Virus record (IMG/VR): IMGVR_UViG_3300048927_000250
Span: 124,001-188,000 of that record
Length of the DNA: 64,000 nt
Direction: 5' to 3' (one strand)
Under the pieces are notes generated by a model. That model did no database searches, was not told the DNA's origin, and saw nothing but the letters and a program-made list of their open reading frames with translations. Each line of letters begins with the position of its first letter. Within the stretch, counting starts at the first letter, position 1. Below are positions 1 through 9,940 of this stretch, one piece after another. Both the position numbers and the translations under genes were made by a program.

Positions 1-1308
1 CGGTAAGCCACGCATCGCCGATGGAATCAGCGCGTAGAGTACCGGTAAAAGGTAGAACTGGCTCAGCGGTTCCCAGTCGTAGGACTTGTCCCACAACTTG
101 ATGACCGAGGCCGGGTCTACGGTATTGTTATCAAACATCTGCCAGACCATGGCTTCCAGTAAAGACAGGTTCGTGGTGTCACGGTCGTAGAAGGCCTTAC
201 TGAGGATGTAGTAACCATCCGCCATCACCGCTGGGATATCCCGTGAACCGTCAGTGTTAGGTTCTGGTGGTGGCGGTAAGCCACGTTCCGCCCAACTCTG
301 TCCTTCCGTGATGTCCCCTGCCCGCGCATTCGGTGGGTAGACCACATCGTACAGACCGGAATAACGAATCCCGCCGTAATACGGGTTACGGTGGAACAGC
401 CGGGTTGACAGCAACTTGATTTGTTTGTCTGCACGTTTCAAGGTACGGGGACGCAAATCCACGATGGCATCAAAGAGGGTTACCGGTAAGCGTTGACGGT
501 CATCCATCACCGTAGGTTTGTTCAACCCTCGGGTAAAGACTTCCGTTACCTTATCCCCAAAGCAGGTATCGACGAAGGTGGTCAGGAACGGGTCGTATAC
601 CCGGTCAAAGCCCGGGACCAACAACGTACTGAATTCCCGGTCGATATACTGGTTCAGGTATTCCTGCGGCAGGGCCTCACGCATCTCGAGTAACTGAACG
701 TACTGTTCGTGGGCTTCGGTGGTAATCAGCGGGTTAATGCCGGTATCCAGGAAGTCACGGACGAAGTAGTATTCACGCACCGTCTTCTCAATCAGGTCCT
801 GATGGTCCTCAGGGGTCAGGTACTGTTTGAGGGTGTACTCGATAGAGTAGGTGGTCTGGGTGAAGATGGTTTTCTGTTCCACCGGGGAAATCACGATGAA
901 CAGACCAGGACGCCCGTCACCCAGGTCAGCGATAAACATGTCACCTGGGTTCGGAATCACCCCTGGGTACATGTTCGCTCGACCCCGGGCTTCGAACTCC
1001 GTTGCCTCGACGTTATAGGTCGGGTTAACCGGAATCGGGTCAGTAACCTTCAGTTCCAAATCGTTGATACGTTTGTACTGTTGGTTGATGGCTAAACGGC
1101 TGTCTTGCTGTGCCGCTGTCTCGCCGTCGCCCCCTAATACCTGGGAGAACCAAGTAACCACCCAACGACGGCCCTCAATGGCCGTCAGCAGCGTTTTCAG
1201 CGGAATAACCTGCGTATCTACCGGGACGCCTTTATAGGGCGTAGGATTGAGCACAGGCTGTTCTGGCTTAGGGATGGGCACGGACTCATCAACATCGAAT
1301 AAGGACAT
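1..1308 (-). CDS. Virion structural (tail/baseplate-associated) protein, partial; runs off the left edge of the window
   Basis: ATG at 1306-1308 (MSLFDVDESVPIPKPEQP...). Frame read by eye at both ends, no stop seen; ends ...SQFYLLPVLYALIPSAMRGLP at position 1. Absent from the ORF track, presumably because its stop lies outside the window. Position fits a phiKZ gp101-like gene. Confidence 0.7.
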   Translation of the reverse strand, partial: MSLFDVDESVPIPKPEQPVLNPTPYKGVPVDTQVIPLKTLLTAIEGRRWVVTWFSQVLGGDGETAAQQDSRLAINQQYKRINDLELKVTDPIPVNPTYNVEATEFEARGRANMYPGVIPNPGDMFIADLGDGRPGLFIVISPVEQKTIFTQTTYSIEYTLKQYLTPEDHQDLIEKTVREYYFVRDFLDTGINPLITTEAHEQYVQLLEMREALPQEYLNQYIDREFSTLLVPGFDRVYDPFLTTFVDTCFGDKVTEVFTRGLNKPTVMDDRQRLPVTLFDAIVDLRPRTLKRADKQIKLLSTRLFHRNPYYGGIRYSGLYDVVYPPNARAGDITEGQSWAERGLPPPPEPNTDGSRDIPAVMADGYYILSKAFYDRDTTNLSLLEAMVWQMFDNNTVDPASVIKLWDKSYDWEPLSQFYLLPVLYALIPSAMRGLP

Positions 1309-1320
1309 GGTAAAACCCCA

Positions 1321-2853
1321 TTAAGTAAGATTGGCAACGATAACCATGTTCATCACCGTAGGCCACACGACCCGGGGACCGAACAGTTTCGCATCCGTTT
1401 GTTTCAGGTACTGAATACAGCGCCACCATTCATCGTCAGGAATCCAGATGTTCTTGAGCGACTTCGGCAGTAACCCCTGATTGTACATCTCGGGTTCCAG
1501 TACCGTGAAGATAAGGTTCGCCCACTCCGGGTTAGACCGTAAGGTATCGGTCGCCTCTTTGGTGAGGAACGCCAACTGGGTGTACAGGTTAATGCGCAGG
1601 TGATGGACGTCCGTGAGTTTCAACGGCACCGTGCTACGGACCACCAGGTTCTCATCGACGTACAACCGACTGGAATCCAGAGGGCGGTCCCCGATATAGA
1701 GGACGATGTTGACCACGGACTGGGTACGCTTGGTGAGCCCCTTATGGTCTTTGGTCATAATCCCCAACAGTTTCTCATTCCAGGTGAACCCCGGGATGTT
1801 CTTCAAGTCGAGGACCATCGTCGGGTCGTCTTTCACCTGAATCATGAACTGCACCAGGTTCGTCAAGTCATGTCCGATTTGGGTCGGCCAGAACTCATCG
1901 AAGAACGGGATAATCATCCCACCGCGAGAGTTGTGGTTCTTAAACCCGGCGGCTTCCATCAACTGATGGTAACGGGACATGGACTTACTCGCCGCTCCCC
2001 AGATTTCACCCGGGTCGTAGATGACGTTGTCGGGACGAAACTTCTTCGGCACCAACTGGTTGTGAATCACCAACGGGTAACCGAGCACCAGTTCAATCGG
2101 GCGCTCCCACTGAAACTTAAAGGTAAAGGAAACCTCGTAAGTGTGGGTGTCTTGTTTCTTCTCTTCTACCGGCACCTGGGAGAAATCGAAATAGCCCAGG
2201 ATATCGAGTTCGTTCTCTTTGAACGCCCATTCCGGTTGGGTCCCGGCTTGCGTAGTCAGGACGGTGTTCGGCTGAATGGCGTGAGCCTGTAACCAGTCCG
2301 GGAGCGTTGTTCCCTCGGGAGCCACCGCCTCTTTCATTTTGTGGAACTGCTCCAGGAACAACAGAATCAGTTTCGGTACCACAAACTTGTAACTGGACTG
2401 GAATGACCCGTCTTTCCAGGCGAGCCCCAACTTACGGCGCATTCCGGTCTGCCAGTCTTTCGCCTTGTTGAGGTCCACCACACGGTAGCGGAATGACAAC
2501 GTGGTTTCGACGTGCTCATACACCGGTTGCAACCAGACAGGGAGCTTGGGGTCTTTCCAGATGGTTTTCTTGTCGTCGTACACAAAGGGGATATTGAACA
2601 AATACTCGTCCTTTATCTCCTCTTCTACCGTTACCTGCACTTTGTCGTAGATGGACATCTTGGCAGGTTCGGTATTACGATTGTTGGTCAGGAGGGTTCG
2701 ATAGGTAGGAATCCCATCGTTCTGTCCGGCGTATTCAATGAAGGTGTCTTCCGGGATACCGGTCGAATTGATAATACTCCGGATAATGTTCATGTTCGTC
2801 GGACGCGTCACCGACTCGTACACATCCGGAATTCCATAGTTCAGCTGTGGCAT
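1321..2853 (-). CDS. Virion structural protein (phiKZ gp99/100-like)
   Basis: 510 aa ORF, co-oriented within the structural block; assignment by synteny. Confidence 0.6.
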   Translation of the reverse strand: MPQLNYGIPDVYESVTRPTNMNIIRSIINSTGIPEDTFIEYAGQNDGIPTYRTLLTNNRNTEPAKMSIYDKVQVTVEEEIKDEYLFNIPFVYDDKKTIWKDPKLPVWLQPVYEHVETTLSFRYRVVDLNKAKDWQTGMRRKLGLAWKDGSFQSSYKFVVPKLILLFLEQFHKMKEAVAPEGTTLPDWLQAHAIQPNTVLTTQAGTQPEWAFKENELDILGYFDFSQVPVEEKKQDTHTYEVSFTFKFQWERPIELVLGYPLVIHNQLVPKKFRPDNVIYDPGEIWGAASKSMSRYHQLMEAAGFKNHNSRGGMIIPFFDEFWPTQIGHDLTNLVQFMIQVKDDPTMVLDLKNIPGFTWNEKLLGIMTKDHKGLTKRTQSVVNIVLYIGDRPLDSSRLYVDENLVVRSTVPLKLTDVHHLRINLYTQLAFLTKEATDTLRSNPEWANLIFTVLEPEMYNQGLLPKSLKNIWIPDDEWWRCIQYLKQTDAKLFGPRVVWPTVMNMVIVANLT

Positions 2854-2897
2854 GGTGCACGCGCTCCTCTAAGCAGTCTCATAGAAAGCAGCATAAA

Positions 2898-2929
2898 GCC
2901 CTCTCCTGCCAAAAAGCAGGAGAGGGGGC
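2898..2929 (-). terminator. Intrinsic terminator
   Basis: Stem CCCTCTCCTGC/GCAGGAGAGGG followed on the - strand by TTTATGC. Confidence 0.7.
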
Positions 2930-2933
2930 AGTA

Positions 2934-4376
2934 TTACTCGGCTAAGCCAACGTAGTCGCCGTTAAGCGGCAGGAAGGTCGGTTCTACATCAATGGTCACG
3001 TCGTTCAGGCCCAGCATCTGGAGCGCCGTACGTACCGCGACAGTGACGCTTTCACCCACCACTTCACCAGCCACGTTAAAGGTGTTGCTCATGGCGTGGA
3101 AGCTTGGGGATTTCAGTTCACGTTGAATGAACGTCACCAGGCCCTGTTCTACTGCTGCGACACGGTTGGTGCCACGCAGCACAACGCGCAGTGCACTGGT
3201 ACCTTTCACATTGAAGTAGAAGGCATCACTTGCGCTTGCGGCGGCTGTGGTGTTTGATTTTTCTGCGAGTGGCGCGGTTTGGGCCAGCTTTGCGAGCTCG
3301 GAGCGAATCGACAAAGGCTTTCCCGCTGGAGGAATCTCCACCTCCGGGGCATTCGGACCACCCACCGCACGTTTACCCGCTACCGACGCCAACCAGATAC
3401 GCCATGAACCACCGTTACCGGCCAGAGGGAATTTGACCCATTCCAGTTTACCGTTCAGGTAATGGAGTGCGCCTTCCATGTGGACCACGTCTTTTGGCAG
3501 GTAGGTACCTTCAAACGGGTCGCGTTTCGGGTCGATGATGATACCACGGAAACGAACGTCGTACGCGCGCGCTGCTTCTTCGCGGTCACGGTCGTAGTTG
3601 AAGTCTTCCGGTTTGATAGCGGCAGGACTCAGTGCTACCGGTGCAGGTGTTCCCTGAGGGTCACCCAGTTGGGTTTCACGGGTCAGAGCGTTAGACGCGC
3701 TGTCTGCTTCACCGTAGGCTGCCAGGATTTCAGCAATCTTCGGAGCCGGGTGTTCAACGACCTGGTCAAGCTGAGGAATCTGGAAGCCTGGGAAGGTCAG
3801 ACTGAACATGGTCTGAATATCCGCGGCCGTTAACATGCGCACACCTGGGTTCTGACCTTTGGCGTCCTGGACCGGCGCAACCTGAAGCATTTCCCACTTC
3901 TCAGCCGCAGCATTGATGCGAGCAATCGCGTTGTACACGTTAGTGGCACGAGCAATGTGACCACGTTCCAGCGGCAGGCTGAAAATCAGACCATCCGCAG
4001 AATCACGCAGTTGGAACACCGCCGACTGGGAATCACCCACGGCCACGAACTTCAGTTGCGCGTCACCTTCACCTACTACGGTGTCGTTCAGTTCAGCCAA
4101 CAGGAGAGCGTGCGGGTCAGTGACCTCCTCCAGCTGTACGTCGCTTAACAGTGCAGCTTCGTTCAGTGCATCGGTCAGCATCTCAAGGATAGCTGCATCA
4201 GGGGTTGACTTCAGGAAATCTTTAGCGCGGACAGTAATGCCATGTCCGGCGTCACCCAGACGGAAAGACGGAAGAGCGGTAACCAGTTGCTCACGTGTCA
4301 CTTCGTCAAAGAGTTGGAGCTCTGGGCTGTCAATCAACTCGCCCTGACTGTTAAATACCGTAAAGATAATTTTCAT
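2934..4376 (-). CDS. Hypothetical protein in the virion block (~480 aa)
   Basis: Long ORF; start moved to ATG at 4376 (MKIIF) because the track's upstream extension crosses a terminator. Confidence 0.65.
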   Translation of the reverse strand: MKIIFTVFNSQGELIDSPELQLFDEVTREQLVTALPSFRLGDAGHGITVRAKDFLKSTPDAAILEMLTDALNEAALLSDVQLEEVTDPHALLLAELNDTVVGEGDAQLKFVAVGDSQSAVFQLRDSADGLIFSLPLERGHIARATNVYNAIARINAAAEKWEMLQVAPVQDAKGQNPGVRMLTAADIQTMFSLTFPGFQIPQLDQVVEHPAPKIAEILAAYGEADSASNALTRETQLGDPQGTPAPVALSPAAIKPEDFNYDRDREEAARAYDVRFRGIIIDPKRDPFEGTYLPKDVVHMEGALHYLNGKLEWVKFPLAGNGGSWRIWLASVAGKRAVGGPNAPEVEIPPAGKPLSIRSELAKLAQTAPLAEKSNTTAAASASDAFYFNVKGTSALRVVLRGTNRVAAVEQGLVTFIQRELKSPSFHAMSNTFNVAGEVVGESVTVAVRTALQMLGLNDVTIDVEPTFLPLNGDYVGLAE

Positions 4377-4440
4377 TCTTAATGTTCCATTTAGAAAGGA
4401 AAGGAATGGTAGGTTGTTCAAACCATTTCCTGGTGGTGTA

Positions 4441-4480
4441 AAAAAAGAAAATAAAACAAGGGGGCCGAAGCCCCCTTGTT
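4441..4480 (-). terminator. Intrinsic terminator (UUCG-type loop)
   Basis: AACAAGGGGG-CCGAAG-CCCCCTTGTT with a long U tract on the - strand. Confidence 0.85.
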
Positions 4481-4501
4481 CAAGCACTTACCGCAGACGA
4501 A

Positions 4502-5866
4502 TTAAGCTTCGTACTGAGACAGCGCTTTAGAGCCAGCGGCCATTGCAGCACGGAACACAGCGCAGCTGTGAGCAGTGAATGCAGTGTACGGCTCTTTGGT
4601 CCAGGTGACGTAGGAAGAACCGTACTGAACGGCCAGACGGGTGCAAGACTGGTTTTCCTGGTTGACTTTATCTTCGTCAACCTTACGGCTACCAATTTTG
4701 TCCGCTGCTTTGCGCACGTTCTCGCCAGCTTTTTCCATGTCCTTCAGGCCTTTGCCTTCGGTGTAACGCTTCATGGTTTCGCAACCACGGATAACTTCTT
4801 CCGCGATGTCGACAACCTGTGCAGGCGTCAGCACGTCCAGGCTGGCTTCTTCTGGGTCTTTCTGGTCTTTCTTCGTGTCCGCCATGAACACGGTAGAAGA
4901 TTGCAGACGACGCGCGAAGTCACGGCTGTCACCGTCAACGCTACCAGACCAGGTAGAGCAGAAGATGGTTTTACCGCCCAGGATTGGGTCAGATTCAGTC
5001 AGCTTGGTGTCTTTGCTGCTGAAACGGCTGTCAGAAGAAGACTTGTCAGCGTCAGCATCTTTAGACATGTTCTTAAACATGGTGTGGATGTGACCGTTCA
5101 GTTTCTTCAGACCGTCTTTCGCGTCTTCCGGGTCAAAGCTGTTCAGGCTGTCCGCCAGCTTCTCACCGATTTTCGCTACTTCCGGGCAATACTTGGTTGC
5201 CAGGGAGTTCAACGCGCCGTTGATGTCGCGCAGACCAGAAACCAGCTCAGCGCCGTTCTTAACCGGTTTGTCAGCGTAAGAAATCAGACGAGCAACAGAG
5301 CCGCTCACTTCGAATTTCTTCTCTTTAGAGTGCTTACCGGTCATGCCGCCAGCACGCTTTTTCAGGTCTTCGGCAGAACGCTTCAGCGCAGACAGACGAG
5401 AAGTCATTTTACGCCAGAAGGATTTCAGACGCTCGATGATTTTCTTAATCATGCGCTTGATGGTTTCGATGATGTTGCGAACAACTTCACGGAAGCCTTC
5501 AGTTGACACTTTAGAACCGATGTAGCTCTCAACCGCAGGCATCACGGTTTCAGCGCTTTCATCAGAACCGGCAGTCGCCAGGTCAGCAACCTGTTCAGCC
5601 AGAGCAACTTCACCTTCAGTTGCGCCGTCTTCTTTCTGGTTGATACCCTGCTCGATGTAATCGGCAGTTTCTTCGGTTTTGTCAGCCACGTCTTGCAGAC
5701 GGTAGACTTCGTCGAGCTCAGCGTCGGCCGCAGCCAAATCATTCGCTTGCTCTTCGACAATCAGTTCTGCTTCTTCGTTGCTGACTTCCGGCCAGCCCTC
5801 ATTAGAAACCTGAGAACCATAACCACGCAGACCACTTGAAATACGACCCATTTGGGTAATCTCCAT
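4502..5866 (-). CDS. Internal head (ejection) protein, phiKZ gp93-97 / SPN3US gp53-54 paralog family
   Basis: Acidic N-terminal propeptide with (S/A)xE sites (VSNE, AVE, VSTE), then the amphipathic basic helix IIETIKRMIKKIIERLKSFW. Confidence 0.8.
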   Translation of the reverse strand: MEITQMGRISSGLRGYGSQVSNEGWPEVSNEEAELIVEEQANDLAAADAELDEVYRLQDVADKTEETADYIEQGINQKEDGATEGEVALAEQVADLATAGSDESAETVMPAVESYIGSKVSTEGFREVVRNIIETIKRMIKKIIERLKSFWRKMTSRLSALKRSAEDLKKRAGGMTGKHSKEKKFEVSGSVARLISYADKPVKNGAELVSGLRDINGALNSLATKYCPEVAKIGEKLADSLNSFDPEDAKDGLKKLNGHIHTMFKNMSKDADADKSSSDSRFSSKDTKLTESDPILGGKTIFCSTWSGSVDGDSRDFARRLQSSTVFMADTKKDQKDPEEASLDVLTPAQVVDIAEEVIRGCETMKRYTEGKGLKDMEKAGENVRKAADKIGSRKVDEDKVNQENQSCTRLAVQYGSSYVTWTKEPYTAFTAHSCAVFRAAMAAGSKALSQYEA

Positions 5867-5942
5867 TACAAATTGAGAAAGGTAGGGAAAACGTTTTCCC
5901 TACCATTTAACCAGAATCCTCGAACGCATGAGCGCTATAGGA

Positions 5943-7319
5943 TTAGTACGCGCTCAGAGAACGGTTGCAGTAGTTCAGCGTGTTTTTACCAACGCTCATG
6001 AACACACCGCTCAGTTTCGCAGACGGCTCGTCAATCAGCAGACGCGCAGCTGGGATGATGCGACGGATGTCAGACAGAATCGCAGACATGCCTTCTTTTG
6101 CATCACCGTCGTTGGCTTCACGCTCAACGTGGTCGCCAGCCTGGTCAAGGTTCTTGTGCGCTTCTTCGCTCTTAGCGAATTTACGCTTGTAACCTTCGAT
6201 GATGTCAGCCATCTTGATGACTGCATCGCAGATGCTGATAATCTGCTGGGTGGTCGCGGTATCAACGCTGACAGAAGAATCATCAACGTCTTTCGCCAGT
6301 ACGCCGGTCACAGTCGTTTTACGACGGGCCAGGGCATCGGCAGCGCCTTTGATTTTGTCTGCTGCGCCAGTAGCGCCAGCGCCTGCCGGTGCGAAGCACA
6401 CGAAGATAGCCTGGTTACCCGGCATCTGCTCGGTACGACGCAGAGTCAGACCTTCGCCGATTTCACCGAAGCCAGTAGCTTTCGCATCCGGAACGTCTTT
6501 GCTGAACAGCTGAGTATCAGGGTTCAGGTCAGCCGCCGCTTTCACCAGGTTGTCACCCAGAGAAGACAGAGACGCTTCGTCGCTGAACTTAGCAGCTTCG
6601 ATAGCTTTCAGGATGTTGTCCGCAACTTCGATGGACTTAGGCTGTACGGTTTCGAACAGCTTACCAGCGGTGTCAGCAGCAGTGTTCAGCGCAGTGGCCA
6701 GACCCTGTGCACCCGGGAACTTACCGTCGAGGCCCAGCACTTTGTTCGCTGCGACAACTTCGATTTTCTTCTCTTTAGCCACAGACGTGGTTTTCTGAGC
6801 GCGTTCACGGATAGACTGTGCGTTGGATTTCAGACGCGGAGCCGCAGCCCAGGTCTTTTCCCACCAGGTTTTCAACTTGGCGCGCATTTTCTTGAACCAG
6901 GCTTTCAGCTTCTGCCACCAGTTTTTGATGGTAGCTTTCAGGCCTTCAACCGCTACGCGAGTAGACTGCGCAGAACGGCCAGAGTCAGAGAACGATTCAA
7001 CCGATACAGACATCGCATCTTCGATACCGTGTACGCGGTTCAGGATGTTAAGCAGACGAGCAGACTCAACGGAGATACCACCGTTTTCCTGGGCTTCTTC
7101 CAGGATTTCGATGACTTCCGGATAAGTCTCAGTCATTGCTTCAGTCAGCATTTCGCCTTCCGGCTCAACTTCGTTCAGCTGTGCTTCGACTTCATCCATT
7201 TCTTCCAGGGCAGTACGGGTGTCCAGTTCAATCTGGGCAGCCTGTGCCTGTTCCTGGTCGATGGAGCCACCGTAGTTTTCAACAGACGGTGCGCCAAGTG
7301 TGCGAGCTAATCTTCCCAT
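5943..7319 (-). CDS. Internal head (ejection) protein, paralog of 4502..5866
   Basis: Acidic propeptide with SVE/AVE sites, then GLKATIKNWWQKLKAWFKKM; similar length and C-terminus to its neighbour. Confidence 0.8.
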   Translation of the reverse strand: MGRLARTLGAPSVENYGGSIDQEQAQAAQIELDTRTALEEMDEVEAQLNEVEPEGEMLTEAMTETYPEVIEILEEAQENGGISVESARLLNILNRVHGIEDAMSVSVESFSDSGRSAQSTRVAVEGLKATIKNWWQKLKAWFKKMRAKLKTWWEKTWAAAPRLKSNAQSIRERAQKTTSVAKEKKIEVVAANKVLGLDGKFPGAQGLATALNTAADTAGKLFETVQPKSIEVADNILKAIEAAKFSDEASLSSLGDNLVKAAADLNPDTQLFSKDVPDAKATGFGEIGEGLTLRRTEQMPGNQAIFVCFAPAGAGATGAADKIKGAADALARRKTTVTGVLAKDVDDSSVSVDTATTQQIISICDAVIKMADIIEGYKRKFAKSEEAHKNLDQAGDHVEREANDGDAKEGMSAILSDIRRIIPAARLLIDEPSAKLSGVFMSVGKNTLNYCNRSLSAY

Positions 7320-7346
7320 TTTTCAAATAACCTCTTGCAAGAGTGT

Positions 7347-7874
7347 TTAGTTTACGGCTTTTGCATCACCGTCGAATTGGCCGAAGATGATATTCAAAGT
7401 ACATACCATGTCGGTAAAGCCATCCGGGTGCTTCAGCCAGTGCCACATATAATCCTCTACGGGTACGTGTAACAGACTGATAAGCTTCGGGGTGTGTCGA
7501 CCGGGACGGAACTTACTCGCGCCATCAGAACGCTCATAACGAATACATTCCCAGCGACTGGTAAGCGCCATCGGGCGACGACCGGTACTGATGTACTGCA
7601 AGGTATCTTCGAGCAGAGCCCGCATATGGATAGTCATGCGCGGGTTCTTCTCATTGGCTTCCAGCCAGTCACGCAAATAACCGAACAGGTCTAACGCACG
7701 ATTGATAATCTTGCGGCGGAACTGCCAGGTGTTGCACTCGCTGGAAATGGACAGGCGCACTTTGTGGTACGCCTCCACGACAAGGGCGTCCGCTTCGATA
7801 CCAGATTTAATCCCGTCGTATAACGGGGACTGGAAACCGCAGGGGGACACCTGGTACGAAACTAACATGGCCAT
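7347..7874 (-). CDS. Head-associated protein (phiKZ gp91-like)
   Basis: 175 aa; SD AAGGAG upstream; synteny. Confidence 0.6.
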   Translation of the reverse strand: MAMLVSYQVSPCGFQSPLYDGIKSGIEADALVVEAYHKVRLSISSECNTWQFRRKIINRALDLFGYLRDWLEANEKNPRMTIHMRALLEDTLQYISTGRRPMALTSRWECIRYERSDGASKFRPGRHTPKLISLLHVPVEDYMWHWLKHPDGFTDMVCTLNIIFGQFDGDAKAVN

Positions 7875-7884
7875 CGTTTACTCC

Positions 7885-8793
7885 TTAACTGGCGACGCCG
7901 TATTCTTTCTCCAGACGCACAACCTCGTAGTTAAGGTTACGCAGGCGCTCTTCGGTGACTTTAATCACCTTATCACTGGCCGCATCGCTGTTCCCTTCAC
8001 GGGCAGCACGCAGCTGGGCCAAACGCAGTTCCAGACACGCACGTTCATCACGCGCTTCCTGAAGGACTGCCGCCTGGTGTTCTACCCAACGGGAGCCGAA
8101 GAACCAGATGATGTCAGAAATAACCGGAACGAAGCCCAGACCCAGTGGGTCGAGTTTGCGTGCACCGGTTACCGACTCCACTGCTTCTACTTTACTCTCG
8201 TCGAACACGATGTCCGGAACGCTGTCAATCTTCGCCAGAATCTTTGGCATCGGTTCAGCGAACAGCTTAATCAGACGCGCAAAGGACACGGCGTTTTCTT
8301 CCAGCCACTTCACTTCACCCGCTTTGAACGCCGGAGTCGAGTCAATGCCTTTGAACGCCGCCGGGGTTTCTTTGCTGTAAGTATAGTGGAGCACGCGACG
8401 GGAATAACGAGAGACGAAGCCAATCAGGGAAATCACACGCAGCAAGGTCGCCTTCTGATAGGTCAGACCCAACTTCGCGGCAGAGCCCTTGAAGTGGTTC
8501 TCAATCGCTTTCTCGAGGTACGGGAAGCCTTCCGTCAGAGAAGACAGTACCAGCGTGGTCGTTTCCACGTAGTTGGTACGTGAGCCGGTTTCCTGGCGGA
8601 AGCGGTCGTTGAAACGTTTCACCTCGGTGGTGTGGAACGCAGACGGCCCCTGGTAACCTGCGAACTGTACGGCATCTTTGTACGGTTGCAGGGCGTCGTT
8701 GATTAACGACTCCTTGGTGTTCTCCAAGGTTTCCATGATGCGCCCTTTGTCCAACGTCGGGGTGAGGAACGCAAAGAAGTTCTTGATACTCAT
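7885..8793 (-). CDS. Virion head / inner-body protein (phiKZ gp90-like)
   Basis: 302 aa with a C-terminal coiled coil; SD GGAG; synteny. Confidence 0.65.
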   Translation of the reverse strand: MSIKNFFAFLTPTLDKGRIMETLENTKESLINDALQPYKDAVQFAGYQGPSAFHTTEVKRFNDRFRQETGSRTNYVETTTLVLSSLTEGFPYLEKAIENHFKGSAAKLGLTYQKATLLRVISLIGFVSRYSRRVLHYTYSKETPAAFKGIDSTPAFKAGEVKWLEENAVSFARLIKLFAEPMPKILAKIDSVPDIVFDESKVEAVESVTGARKLDPLGLGFVPVISDIIWFFGSRWVEHQAAVLQEARDERACLELRLAQLRAAREGNSDAASDKVIKVTEERLRNLNYEVVRLEKEYGVAS

Positions 8794-8805
8794 CGGGGGT
8801 CTCCG

Positions 8806-9912
8806 TTAGAAAGTCGGGGCGGAGCGCTGTTGCAGCATTTCCGCGAATTTCAGCAATTCCTGACCGTTACCACCCTTGTTCGCATTCTTCATCTGAGATA
8901 CGGACAGCTTGGTCGAGTGCTCGATGCCGCGGTAGAAGATTTCCACCTGCTCGTACGCCTGGTCCACCACGTACAGGACCAGCATCCCTGAGTTGTCAAA
9001 GATACGCTGGCGGTCTTTGAACTTGCTCAGCTTGATGGTCAGGGAGCGTTCGATTTCGAGCTGCGTCTCATCGGAGATAATCACGATGTTGGACGCGGAG
9101 GCCACAGACGGTTTACCGGTCAGCCAACCTGTCAGCGCGTTACGACGTTGGTCGCGAATCGCTTTCATGTACAACCCGGTTGGGTCGTTCAGTTGGGCCT
9201 TACGGTGCTGGTCGAGCAAGTCCGCACAACCCAGGAGGTCCTGGAAGAAGCGCAGCTTATCCGCCTTAACAGCATAATAACGGTCTTTCAGGTCGCGGTT
9301 CTGCGCACCGGCGGTCAGGATGTCCGCGATGGAAGAGCCCACGGCTGGGATGGTGTTCAGACGCACGGAGACTTGCGTAGAGACGCTTTCACCGTTAGCG
9401 GTCAGTTCCACATCCAGAATTTTACCTACAGCGAGGTTGGTGTTCTCACGCAGCTGCGCCAGGTTCTCACGGGAGAACTTCGCACCCACAGTGTTGGTTT
9501 CCGGCGCATCGTTACCTTTGCGGCGATACCCTTCAACGGCCACCTGACGCACGGTTGGTAAACCGAACTTCATTTGCTCGTTGGAGACCATGCGGGCCAC
9601 CGTGTCAGCCAGTCCGTTAACGGGGTCACGTTTCGGGTTGAACTGCTCCAGACGAGAACCCACGGTCACGTTGTTCAGGGTGGCAGACAAACCCACAGCA
9701 GACAGATACAGGCTGGCAAACATGCTCAGTGCCGACTGCATGATGTCAGGAGTGTAAGGCTGATTCCACAGAGCAGTTTCAACCAGAGTAATCGGTTCCA
9801 CACGCGTAGTGGCCGTGTACCCAATGAGGTTATCGGTTTTCGCTGCGCGCACAAAGTTTGGAAGGCCGTTGGCCAATTCCAATAGTGTGAGTGGGTTAAA
9901 TGTTAATGACAT
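8806..9912 (-). CDS. Virion head / inner-body protein (phiKZ gp89-like)
   Basis: 368 aa; internal VSNE/VAVE protease-type sites; divergent from the two + strand tail genes as in phiKZ. Confidence 0.65.
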   Translation of the reverse strand: MSLTFNPLTLLELANGLPNFVRAAKTDNLIGYTATTRVEPITLVETALWNQPYTPDIMQSALSMFASLYLSAVGLSATLNNVTVGSRLEQFNPKRDPVNGLADTVARMVSNEQMKFGLPTVRQVAVEGYRRKGNDAPETNTVGAKFSRENLAQLRENTNLAVGKILDVELTANGESVSTQVSVRLNTIPAVGSSIADILTAGAQNRDLKDRYYAVKADKLRFFQDLLGCADLLDQHRKAQLNDPTGLYMKAIRDQRRNALTGWLTGKPSVASASNIVIISDETQLEIERSLTIKLSKFKDRQRIFDNSGMLVLYVVDQAYEQVEIFYRGIEHSTKLSVSQMKNANKGGNGQELLKFAEMLQQRSAPTF

Positions 9913-9940
9913 GGCTTTACCCTTATCAAGAGGTTACAAT

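Noticed and set aside
4568-8583. Long + strand ORFs (312, 460 and 293 aa) antisense to the head-protein genes
   Set aside because: Mirror-frame ORFs caused by strong codon bias of highly expressed genes; no motifs, and they fully overlap better-supported genes.
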